A stretch of 18,531 nucleotides of DNA, taken from Patescibacteria group bacterium (GTDB lineage: Bacteria > Patescibacteriota > Patescibacteriia > UBA2591 > UBA6264). The notes beneath the pieces were generated by a model. It was not told the DNA's origin. It did not search any database and saw nothing but the letters and a program-made list of their open reading frames with translations. Shown in pieces: positions 1-7,307 of the stretch (within the stretch, counting starts at the first letter, position 1; each line of letters begins with the position of its first letter). The translations under genes and the position numbers were made by a program. Where the stretch lies: assembly GCA_028713575.1 (NCBI GenBank), contig JAQTOB010000011.1, forward strand, positions 1 through 18,531. Direction: 5' to 3'.

Positions 1-1392
1 AAGACATCTTGCGCCTAATAAACACCCCGTTTCCTCTGGTTTAAATGCTTGGCAAGATTTTATTTTGTCTCCAACTTCCCGATAGACAAGTCGTTGAAAG
101 ATAGCGGCGTCAATAGTGAATCTTTGTCCCATAAAACGGAATCCCTTAATTTCTTTTTCCCTATCCGTTTGAATTGATGCTTCAAGAATCGGCATTGAAT
201 TGATTTGTGGTGGCTCCAGGGTTTTTGTTTTATTGATAAAAGTAATAAGTTTATTCTTGTCGCTTGATACCGACTGAATTGTTGTATTTGCACCATATAC
301 TCTCTCAACCAAGTCTTTGAACTGATAATAAGTAATATCATCACTCTTGCCGACAAAGAAATTTACCGGCTCGTAAATTTTATTCCAGCTAGACTGATTG
401 TTTTCTTTATTTAACGCAAGCGTAATAAGCAATGCCGATTTTACCTCATCATCACTTTTCATTCTGAAAGTAAGACGGCCATACCACATCATTGATTTGA
501 AATAGGTCTTTAATTGTTCTGTTCTGTCATAATGGCCTCTTGGAATATACTGCGAATAATCTTCTTTTAATGCTTCTAGCGGTTGTGGCCCTTGCGGAGT
601 GTCAATCATCACATCCTCTCTGCTGCCGATATTCATTACAGGGGACTTTGCCGTGCCTTGATGTGCCTCAATAAGCGCCAATTCTTGATTGACTTCGTTT
701 ATGACAATTGGCGGAATACCAACCGAAGGATCTAACAGCCTGCTACCAACTGTAAAAAATCCGACATTTCTTTTAGCAGCATTTTCCCATTCTGTTCCTT
801 TCAGATTGTCATATTGGTTCAATGATTCGGAAAGCATACCGACATTAAGCTGTTTTAATTCAGCTGCCAATTCTTGCTCCTCAAGTTGTTTGAGCAAGAA
901 ATCAAACATTAAATGGTAGTTATGAAGTATGGAGTCGGTTGTGATAAAACTCGGCGTATACATATACCGATTTGATTCGTAAAGCGGGAAAAATTCATTA
1001 TGATAAGCTGGTTTGGTTACAAAAGCATTTTTTACAAGCAGATTTTTCTCCGCATCAGAAAAAGTAAAATCATTCGCGTTTGTAACATTGCTTAAATTTT
1101 GACTCACAGAATAAGTCGGGACCTTCGGGCTAATATTTACCGCGACTTCCTCGTAAGTCGCGAACTTGGAAGCGAATGCGACAGCTGGTTTATAAATATC
1201 TTCAACGGATTTCTCAATAATTTCTTGGCCCGATTTCGGCAGGGCAAAATAAACAGCCAAGATAATAATAATAACGACTCCTAAAATACCAGAAATTATC
1301 CAAACTTTTTTCTTAGATTTTGGCTCCAGCATAATTGGCGGCACTTGTTGGGAACTTTCCGGTACTAATTGATTAAAATTTTGATTGTCCAT
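1..1392 (-). CDS. DUF3160-like protein with one N-terminal TM helix; start codon at 1392..1390, C-terminus lies beyond the left window edge (464 codons open)
   Basis: Absent from the ORF track because it has no in-window stop. Reverse complement from ATG at 1392 reads MDNQNFNQLVPESSQQ...KKVWIISGILGVVIIIILAVYFAL...YESNRYMYTPSFITTDSILHNYHLMFDFLLKQLE...YIPRGHYDRTEQLKTYFKSMMWYGR...GFRFMGQRFTIDAAIFQ. I translated every 60-nt line down to position 1 and found no stop. The DUF3160 (PF11369) assignment is from remembered motifs only. Confidence 0.75.
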   Translation of the reverse strand, partial: MDNQNFNQLVPESSQQVPPIMLEPKSKKKVWIISGILGVVIIIILAVYFALPKSGQEIIEKSVEDIYKPAVAFASKFATYEEVAVNISPKVPTYSVSQNLSNVTNANDFTFSDAEKNLLVKNAFVTKPAYHNEFFPLYESNRYMYTPSFITTDSILHNYHLMFDFLLKQLEEQELAAELKQLNVGMLSESLNQYDNLKGTEWENAAKRNVGFFTVGSRLLDPSVGIPPIVINEVNQELALIEAHQGTAKSPVMNIGSREDVMIDTPQGPQPLEALKEDYSQYIPRGHYDRTEQLKTYFKSMMWYGRLTFRMKSDDEVKSALLITLALNKENNQSSWNKIYEPVNFFVGKSDDITYYQFKDLVERVYGANTTIQSVSSDKNKLITFINKTKTLEPPQINSMPILEASIQTDREKEIKGFRFMGQRFTIDAAIFQRLVYREVGDKIKSCQAFKPEETGCLLGARCL

Positions 1393-1458
1393 ATTTTTTA
1401 TTCCTTCTCGACTAAAAAGTTTTAGCCGTTAAAAAAATTAAATTATTATTTATTAAAC

Positions 1459-1570
1459 TTTACAACAGAGGTCACTTTACAACAGGGGCCCGTCCCCCTT
1501 ACAACAGGGCCTGTCCCCCGAAATCATCGCCCTTTTACAACAGGGGTCTGTCCCCCTAAATCATCGCTCT
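1459..1570. repeat. Irregular tandem array of four units: TTACAACAG followed by a GC hairpin (GGGG-N-C-N-GTCCCC); the last two units also carry AAATCATCGC
   Basis: TTACAACAG occurs at 1460, 1477, 1499 and 1535 (spacing 17, 22 and 36 nt). Hairpins are GGGGCCCGTCCCC, GGGCCTGTCCC and GGGGTCTGTCCCC. The array lies upstream of the minus-strand DUF3160-like start. Confidence 0.7.
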
Positions 1571-1630
1571 AAAACCTGCATCAATAAAGTGTTTTAGGAT
1601 GATTTTTCAAATTTAGAACTATTTTGACTA
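1545..1630 (-). repeat. Copy 1 of an ~86-nt conserved intergenic element (copy 2 at 17810..17895, same orientation)
   Basis: Colinear conserved blocks shared with 17810..17895: CTGTCCCCCTAAA, ACC..CATCAA.AAAG.GTTTTA and TTAGAACTA.TTT, with matching spacing. Roughly two thirds identical by eye. Confidence 0.6.
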
Positions 1631-1652
1631 TTGAAATAAAAATTTTTTTAAT

Positions 1653-1721
1653 TGGCGGAGAGGGTGGGATTCGCCAGGCCATTCGACCTGGCGCCCCGTC
1701 GGATGACGGGATGAACCCCCG
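1653..1721 (-). pseudogene. GC-rich patch of tRNA 3'-end-like fragments ending ...CGAATCCCAC-CCTCTCC-G-CCA
   Basis: Minus strand reads CGGGGGTTCATCCCGTCATCCGACGGGGCGCCAGGTCGAATGGCCTGGCGAATCCCACCCTCTCCGCCA. It has three T-arm-like motifs. The final 21 nt look like half a T-loop, a T-stem 3' strand, an acceptor 3' strand, G73 and CCA. No canonical T arm can be folded. Confidence 0.5.
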
Positions 1722-1748
1722 AAAAAAATTATCTAGCTTTTTTAATAT

Positions 1749-1836
1749 TGGCGGTGGGGGCGAGAATCGAACTCGCATGCCCCTTGCGGGACCCTGGTTT
1801 TCGAGACCAGTGCCTTACCGTTCGGCACACCCCACC
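1749..1836 (-). tRNA. tRNA-Ser(CGA), class II, CCA encoded
   Basis: Hand-folded cloverleaf: acceptor GGTGGGG/CCCCACC, D arm GCC..GGC, anticodon arm CTGGT-CTCGAAA-ACCAG, long variable arm with a CCC-GCAA-GGG hairpin, T arm GCGAG-TTCGATT-CTCGC, discriminator G, CCA. Total 88 nt. Confidence 0.9.
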
Positions 1837-1864
1837 TTTTAAAAATTATTTTCGTATTCAATTT

Positions 1865-1897
1865 GACCGTCCGATTCAACCGCTCTCGCACCTCTCC
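1865..1897 (-). pseudogene. tRNA-Ser-like 5' fragment (acceptor 5' strand, D arm, 5' strand of anticodon stem)
   Basis: Minus strand reads GGAGAGG-TG-CGA-GAGCGGTTGAA-TCG-G-ACGGTC. The D-loop GAGCGGTTGAA is the same as in E. coli tRNA-Ser(UGA). GGAGAGG is the exact complement of CCTCTCC at 1657..1663. The fragment starts on the nucleotide after the GNAT stop codon. Confidence 0.6.
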
Positions 1898-2323
1898 TTA
1901 TTTAATTTTAATCGCTTTTCCTAAAAACCAACAGTCGTGACCAAACCATTGTTTTTTTAAAAAATAGCATTCATTAAACCCCATTTTTAAATAAAAATCT
2001 TTGGCTTTATACCTTTTTAAGCTCCAACACCATAATTTGTTTATTTTTTCTCTCCGGCATTTTTTCTCGGCAAACCTCACCAATTCCTTGCCCACTCCCG
2101 GCCTATTAGAAACCAAAGAATAAATTTCATAAGAACCAGCCGCCGGCACTAATCCTATAACTCCAAGGCATTTATTATTTTCCAAAGCCAGATAATAATG
2201 TTTCTTTTCTATATGTTTCTTAATAATATCTTCGTTTGAAAAATGAAAATTCCTTGTGTCTATTTTTTTTACTATTGATTTAATTTTAATAATATCTTTA
2301 ATTGTTGCTAATCTGATTTTCAT
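1898..2323 (-). CDS. GNAT-family N-acetyltransferase
   Basis: 141-aa ORF with a GNAT-like core (LALENNKCLGVIGL...RPGVGKELVRFAEKKCRRE...YLKMGF). Its start overlaps the upstream gene's end by 26 nt. Confidence 0.65.
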   Translation of the reverse strand: MKIRLATIKDIIKIKSIVKKIDTRNFHFSNEDIIKKHIEKKHYYLALENNKCLGVIGLVPAAGSYEIYSLVSNRPGVGKELVRFAEKKCRREKINKLWCWSLKRYKAKDFYLKMGFNECYFLKKQWFGHDCWFLGKAIKIK

Positions 2324-3590
2324 AGTTATCTTTTAAAACTATCCTCAGCCCGATAATTAACCAAAAAACAACAGCCAGATCATTCTTAAAATACGGCGTA
2401 TCAACCAAGCCATGGACCAAAATACAAACCATCGCGCCCATGACTGCGCCATTTAAAATTATATCTCTATTTTCCAAATTTTTAAACCCTTGTTTGAAAA
2501 ACCTTATTAAAATCCAAACAAAAACAATCAAACCAACCAAGCCCACTTCCAGCCAAATGGCCAAAAACAGATTATGCGGATATGGCTGAGGCGGAGCATA
2601 GAAATTTCTTCCGTCACGAGCGATAAAACTATTGGCCTGATAATCGGGGATTAGCCTTTCATATCCGTCCAATCCCGCGCCCAACACTGGTGAAACCTTC
2701 AACAGGGAAACAGCGCCGGACCAGATGTTCAAGCGGAACTGACCGGATAAATCCTGCAAAAGCGCCTTTTCCAAAAAATATTGGCGGGAAAATGGCCAGA
2801 CCATGATTAACAAAAAGGCAATAATCAACCCGGTTAAAACGTATTTCCTGGTTTTTTTCAGAACAACACCCCAAAAAGCCAAGCCAGCAAAAACGCCGAT
2901 AAGCGCGCCCTCTGAACGGGCTAAAACCAGCGCCCAAAAGGTAATAAAAAGAAAGACAAAACAACAAACAACTGACCGGATTTTCCCGCGGAAATTCACA
3001 ATCCCGCCCGCAACCAGAACGATAAGCGGCGCCAAATACAAACCCAAAAAATTAGGATGGGAAAACGGACCAGTCGCCCGCCATACCTGCGCCCGTCCCC
3101 AGACCTCGGTGCTGAAAACTCCCCCTCCCAGCCATTTTTGTAAAATCGCCCAAACAGAACAGCAGAAAGCGGAAAGGCCCAGGGTAAAAATCAATGTTTT
3201 TTTGTCCTGATCGTTTTTTATCAAATCCAACAAAACTATTAAAAACATAGCCGGCTCAATAAAATAGGCCCTCCAAACTCCGGCCGCGGCCCTTAATTCC
3301 GGCGCCACGAACATAGAGATAGTCGCCACAAGCAGCCACAAACAAATTAACCAGCGCCATCCGCTTAATAAATTGTTAAATCGTTTAATTGTTAAATTGT
3401 TAAATCGTTTTATCAGCCAAACCATAAAGAGAATCAAAATCATCAACTCCAAAAAAGTAAAAGGAATTCCGACAAACGAAAATTTTATCTGATAAGTCGG
3501 CAATAAAAACAATGTTAAATATAAAGCATGCCTCGGCTTAAACCAAGAGAGAAAAATGTAAAAAATAAAAAATAAAAAATAAAAAATCAT
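2298..3590 (-). CDS. O-antigen ligase (Wzy_C/RfaL-like) family polytopic membrane protein
   Basis: 430 aa with many TM segments. It carries the family-typical PHNLFLAIWLEVGLVGLIVFVW motif. An ATGA start/stop overlap links it to the flippase gene. Confidence 0.7.
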   Translation of the reverse strand: MIFYFLFFIFYIFLSWFKPRHALYLTLFLLPTYQIKFSFVGIPFTFLELMILILFMVWLIKRFNNLTIKRFNNLLSGWRWLICLWLLVATISMFVAPELRAAAGVWRAYFIEPAMFLIVLLDLIKNDQDKKTLIFTLGLSAFCCSVWAILQKWLGGGVFSTEVWGRAQVWRATGPFSHPNFLGLYLAPLIVLVAGGIVNFRGKIRSVVCCFVFLFITFWALVLARSEGALIGVFAGLAFWGVVLKKTRKYVLTGLIIAFLLIMVWPFSRQYFLEKALLQDLSGQFRLNIWSGAVSLLKVSPVLGAGLDGYERLIPDYQANSFIARDGRNFYAPPQPYPHNLFLAIWLEVGLVGLIVFVWILIRFFKQGFKNLENRDIILNGAVMGAMVCILVHGLVDTPYFKNDLAVVFWLIIGLRIVLKDNYENQISNN

Positions 3591-5032
3591 TTATTTGAAT
3601 TTAAAACGTCTTTTAGTAAATTCCTATCTATTCCCTTAAAAAAATAAAGCGACACCCCATAAACCGCTGCGCCCAAAACAATTGAAAAAACTAAGTTAAA
3701 ATTTTGACAAAGCATCAACACTCCTGACATTGCCAGGCCGGCCATCAAACTTTTAAAAAAAATTTTAAGATTGAACGAGATTCCGGTAGTCTTCCGAAAT
3801 AAAAGAAAGGCAAAAACGAACATCAGTATTTCGCTGAATACCGTTACCCAAGCCGCGCCCCAATAAGAATACTTCGGGATAAAAACGAAATAGCCTATTA
3901 AAGATAAAGCCATAACCAAAAAATAAAAGGGAAGTATTTGTTTTTGTTTTCCCAAGCCAACGGCCAAATTCTTAAAAAGTTCGGCAACAAACAAAATGCC
4001 GGCGGCGATAATTACCACTTTAAGGACGTCTCCGGCCGGACCGAATTCCCGTCCGCCGAGTAAAATCATTATCCTTCCCCCGAGAATAATTGTTCCCAAA
4101 ACCATAGGCAAGGAAATGGCGACCAAAAGGTCAAAACTTTTTTGCACGAGATTCTTTAGTCGCTGACTTTGTTTTTGTTGCCAAGCGCTCGTCATTTTCG
4201 GCAAAATCAATCCCAAAAAAAGCGGCGGCACCGTAATCAATACCTCTAAAATTCGGTAACAAGCGCCATATAATCCTACTTCTTCCGGTGAATGGTAAAA
4301 AGATAGAATCAAAGTGTCCGCCTTGAAATAAAAAACGTTTAGGACAATAGCTAAACCCACGGGCCAGGATTGTCTGATTATTTCCTTCCAAAAAGAAAAA
4401 TCAAAACCGAATTTCAAAGCTGTCTTTTTCGGAACGGAAAAAAATAATATCAAAAAATTTAACAAATGACCAAGTCCAAAAACGCTTAGGACCGCATAAA
4501 AACTGAAGTTGCGCCGGACGAAAATAATCATCAATGTCAGAGTAATTATCTTTCCCCAAATCTCTCCCCAAAAAATTTTCTTCGTCTGCAATGTCTGCTG
4601 ATAAAAAGCGGAAAGCATCTGGATCAAGGTGCAAAAGAAAAAAGAGCCGGATAAAATTCCTACGGCCGTTTTGACCATTCCAGAATAAGGAAGAAAAAGA
4701 CAAAAAACAAAGGCACCACCGTAAAAAATAAAAGCGGAAAAAAATCTTAAGGTAAAAATATTGTTTAAGACAAAACTCGTCCTAACCGGTCTCTCTTGTT
4801 CTGATAAAGAATCTGTCTCTCCTAGATAGCGTAAAGTTATCAAATAAAGGCCGAAATCGGCGATAATGCCGAAAATCTGCAAAAAAGCGACTGCCGTGGA
4901 ATAATAACCGTAATCTTTCGGCCCCAAATAGCGCATCAGCAGGGAAATGACGAAAAGTCCTAAAAACAAGGCTAAGACGCGACCGATTATTTGGATAATA
5001 AAATTTTTAGCAACAGAACGAGTAAGGGTCAT
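3587..5032 (-). CDS. MOP-superfamily polysaccharide/oligosaccharide flippase (Wzx-like)
   Basis: 481 aa with about 12-14 hydrophobic segments. It has the typical N-terminus (NFIIQIIGRVLALFLGLFVISLLMRYLGPKDYGYY). It is the first gene of the envelope operon. Confidence 0.7.
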   Translation of the reverse strand: MTLTRSVAKNFIIQIIGRVLALFLGLFVISLLMRYLGPKDYGYYSTAVAFLQIFGIIADFGLYLITLRYLGETDSLSEQERPVRTSFVLNNIFTLRFFSAFIFYGGAFVFCLFLPYSGMVKTAVGILSGSFFFCTLIQMLSAFYQQTLQTKKIFWGEIWGKIITLTLMIIFVRRNFSFYAVLSVFGLGHLLNFLILFFSVPKKTALKFGFDFSFWKEIIRQSWPVGLAIVLNVFYFKADTLILSFYHSPEEVGLYGACYRILEVLITVPPLFLGLILPKMTSAWQQKQSQRLKNLVQKSFDLLVAISLPMVLGTIILGGRIMILLGGREFGPAGDVLKVVIIAAGILFVAELFKNLAVGLGKQKQILPFYFLVMALSLIGYFVFIPKYSYWGAAWVTVFSEILMFVFAFLLFRKTTGISFNLKIFFKSLMAGLAMSGVLMLCQNFNLVFSIVLGAAVYGVSLYFFKGIDRNLLKDVLNSNK

Positions 5033-5075
5033 AATCCAATAATATCAGAAAAGGTCCGAATTATCAAGATAAAAC

Positions 5076-5104
5076 TTGACGTTATTTCAATGTTAGGTTA
5101 AACT
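5076..5104 (+). promoter_or_regulatory. Sigma70-like promoter TTGACG-N17-TAAACT for the SpoIID-like gene; possibly leaderless
   Basis: The -35 is at 5076..5081 and the -10 at 5099..5104. The ATG at 5112 is only 7 nt past the -10 and no Shine-Dalgarno is visible. Confidence 0.35.
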
Positions 5105-5111
5105 TAAATTT

Positions 5112-6638
5112 ATGTATAAAGTCTACGCAAAATTTTTTATTCTTATCTTATTTTTATCAGTATTCTTCTGTCCGGCAAAAACCGCTCAGGCTGGTACTTA
5201 TCAAGCGGAAAAAACCGAGCAAAGTTATGCCGGAATCATTAAATTGGATTTAGGACAAAGCCTTACTTTCTGGGTCAAATTTAAAAATCTAGGCCCTGAT
5301 CCATGGGAAGGAACCGGACCTGAGTATGTATTTTTAAGAACTATTTCTGGAATGAGGAGCAAGCTGGTCCATTCTAGCTGGTACAACGACCACATCCCCA
5401 ATCGGGTTAATCCCGTCTCCACTATTTATCCCGGAGACGAGGCTTTATTTAGATTCGCTTTATCCGCACCACGAACTGGCGGAACCCATTGGGAAAAATT
5501 CCAACTTTATGCCGGGACCTCTCCCATCCCGGGCGGTGAAATTGAAATTGCTGTAAAAAGTGTCGGCGAAATTAGTGAGCCGGAAATCATTGAACCGGTT
5601 ACTCCTGTCATCCCAACTCAACCCTCTATCCCAGAAGTAACATCACCCTTAGAAAAAACTTGGTGGCAAAACATTCCTACTTCTCCGAATATTATTGATA
5701 ATCCTTACTGGCCAAATCTACCTGACGGTCCGGAAATAAAAGTCGGGTTGCTTTATGTTGAAGAAACGGAAAAAAATAACAATTTGCCCTTTCAAATATC
5801 TTCTTTAAACAATCAATCTTATAATATTTTAGACCAAGATGATAAGCTGTTGGTGAAAAATACTGCTGGGGAAATAATAGAAATTGATTATGATTATAAA
5901 ACAAATCGCTATTTTTTAAATGACAGTCAAGGAAAAAGATTGTTAATGTCCGATTCGTATTTTAAGGTTTCCGCTCCGGAACCAGTCATTTTTAAAATTA
6001 ATTCTTGGCAAAACGGTCCATTTTGGGGAGAAAATGTTAATGACAATGAATTTCGAGGCGACTTAGAAATTAAATATAATTCTTCCACTGAACGTCTCTG
6101 GCTGATAAACCAATTGCCCCTGGAAGATTATGTTAAAAGCATCGCCGAAGTCGGCGATGGTTCCCATGCGGAATTTTTAAAAGCTCAGGCCATAGCGGCC
6201 AGGACTTACGCCTTGTTTCGTTATTTTACTCCGAAATACACCAATACTTCTGACGGTGAAGCGTTTTTCACTGTTCAATCCACCCAGGCCGACCAGGTTT
6301 ATCGCGGTTATCAAAAAGAATTAAGAGCACCGAACATGATTCAAGCGACCGAACAGACTAAAGGAGTCATCGCCACCTATCAAAACGACCCCATTCTTGC
6401 TTATTATTTTGCCCAATCAGATGGACAAACCCGAGACTCCTATTCAGCTAAAATGACCTGGGCTCCGGTTGATTATTTAATCGCTAAAGCCGACCCTCCA
6501 TGTGAAGGGAAAACTCTAACCGGCCATGGCGTCGGCTTGTCCCAAATCGGCGGCATCAATGCCGCCAATCAAGGCGCTAATTATTCTCAAATCCTCAAGT
6601 ATTATTATACCGGCATTGAATTGACAAAAATGTATTAA
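5112..6638 (+). CDS. Secreted SpoIID/LytB-domain protein with an N-terminal Ig-like/NBR1-like region
   Basis: It has a signal peptide (MYKVYAKFFILILFLSVFFCPAKTAQA). The C-terminal half carries SpoIID motifs (AQAIAARTYAL, YYFAQSDGQTRD, GHGVGLSQIGG). Confidence 0.8.
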   Translation: MYKVYAKFFILILFLSVFFCPAKTAQAGTYQAEKTEQSYAGIIKLDLGQSLTFWVKFKNLGPDPWEGTGPEYVFLRTISGMRSKLVHSSWYNDHIPNRVNPVSTIYPGDEALFRFALSAPRTGGTHWEKFQLYAGTSPIPGGEIEIAVKSVGEISEPEIIEPVTPVIPTQPSIPEVTSPLEKTWWQNIPTSPNIIDNPYWPNLPDGPEIKVGLLYVEETEKNNNLPFQISSLNNQSYNILDQDDKLLVKNTAGEIIEIDYDYKTNRYFLNDSQGKRLLMSDSYFKVSAPEPVIFKINSWQNGPFWGENVNDNEFRGDLEIKYNSSTERLWLINQLPLEDYVKSIAEVGDGSHAEFLKAQAIAARTYALFRYFTPKYTNTSDGEAFFTVQSTQADQVYRGYQKELRAPNMIQATEQTKGVIATYQNDPILAYYFAQSDGQTRDSYSAKMTWAPVDYLIAKADPPCEGKTLTGHGVGLSQIGGINAANQGANYSQILKYYYTGIELTKMY

Positions 6639-6656
6639 TGAAAAAAGACAAATATA

Positions 6657-6685
6657 AAATCCCGCTTTATTAAGCGGGATTTTTT
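6657..6685 (+). terminator. Rho-independent terminator after the SpoIID-like gene
   Basis: AAAA-CCCGCTT-TATT-AAGCGGG-ATTTTTT: a 7-bp GC-rich stem followed by a T run. Confidence 0.75.
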
Positions 6686-6696
6686 AATACAAAATC

Positions 6697-6724
6697 AAAA
6701 CGGGTCTGATAACCGACCCGTTTG
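6697..6724 (-). terminator. Terminator hairpin for the convergent minus-strand DksA-like/thiI unit
   Basis: The stem is AAAACGGGTC / GACCCGTTT. On the minus strand the stem is followed by TTTTGATTTT. Confidence 0.6.
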
Positions 6725-6743
6725 AAAAAAATTTCCTCCTTAA

Positions 6744-7244
6744 TTAACTTCCGTTATGGCCGTTGCCATTATGGGAATTCTTACATTTCACGCAGTGTGC
6801 GGTATGGGGCACCTCTTCGACTCTTTCCCTGTCGATAAGACAACCGCATTCCCCACAAAAAACGGCTTGACCAGGAAAGGAAATGAGTTTTTGCTTCATT
6901 TCCATTGATTTTCGCCACACTTTATTACATCGTATGGCAAGGCAACAATTCTTTTCCACTTCGTAGCTATTCCCCCCGTCCGCCATCTTCGGATCGGGAG
7001 GTTCTGAACTTCCCATTTCATCGGTGAAAAATTTTCTGTTGGTTATTCTTCTAGTCAACTGTATTCTGGAAATTTGCTTATCCAGAGCTACGGCCTTAAA
7101 AATAGCCTCTTCTCTAATTTTCGGAGTTAAATTCATGACATTCACCATGAATTTTTTTCTCTCCTCACTAGTGAAATTCACTAGTGCCAGTGCCGGGAAG
7201 TCGGATGCCTGCGTACCTGTCATACTTAATACCTGTTGAAACAT
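6744..7244 (-). CDS. TraR/DksA-type C4 zinc-finger protein
   Basis: The C-terminal CGECGCLIDRERVEEVPHTAHCVKCK matches the C-x2-C-x17-C-x2-C DksA/TraR finger. A strong SD (AAGGAGGA) lies 6 nt upstream of the ATG. Confidence 0.65.
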   Translation of the reverse strand: MFQQVLSMTGTQASDFPALALVNFTSEERKKFMVNVMNLTPKIREEAIFKAVALDKQISRIQLTRRITNRKFFTDEMGSSEPPDPKMADGGNSYEVEKNCCLAIRCNKVWRKSMEMKQKLISFPGQAVFCGECGCLIDRERVEEVPHTAHCVKCKNSHNGNGHNGS

Positions 7245-7307
7245 GAAAGTCCTCCTTTGTTATAAGTTAAATATCTATTTAAATTCTGCTCTATTTTTTG
7301 AAAAATG

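Noticed and set aside
60-1284. Track ORFs 60..356(-), 689..919(+), 1099..1284(+)
   Set aside because: All lie inside the 464-codon DUF3160-like frame (1..1392, minus), in other frames or antisense. They are shadow ORFs.
1459-1570. Possible CRISPR array
   Set aside because: The repeats are abutting or irregularly spaced (17, 22 and 36 nt) with no unique spacers of uniform length. No cas genes are in the window.
1581-1842. Track ORFs 1581..1778(-) and 1624..1842(+)
   Set aside because: They overlap tRNA-Ser(CGA) and the GC-rich tRNA-fragment patch. Their P/G/R-rich translations are artefacts of structured RNA sequence.
1837-1864. A true group I intron containing tRNA-Ser(CGA) inside the split tRNA-Ser-like gene
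   Set aside because: The intervening 212 nt (1653..1897 minus the exon-like ends) shows none of the group I core strings that are obvious in the tRNA-Phe intron. The 3' part also lacks a foldable T arm. I report it as an unexplained arrangement, not as an intron.
2659-4703. Track ORFs 2659..2967(-), 2803..3210(+), 4131..4391(-), 4401..4703(-)
   Set aside because: They are nested in alternative frames or antisense within the O-antigen-ligase-like and flippase genes. The translations are compositionally odd and lack start signals.
5225-5904. Track ORFs 5225..5422(-) and 5692..5904(-)
   Set aside because: They are antisense inside the well-supported SpoIID-domain gene.
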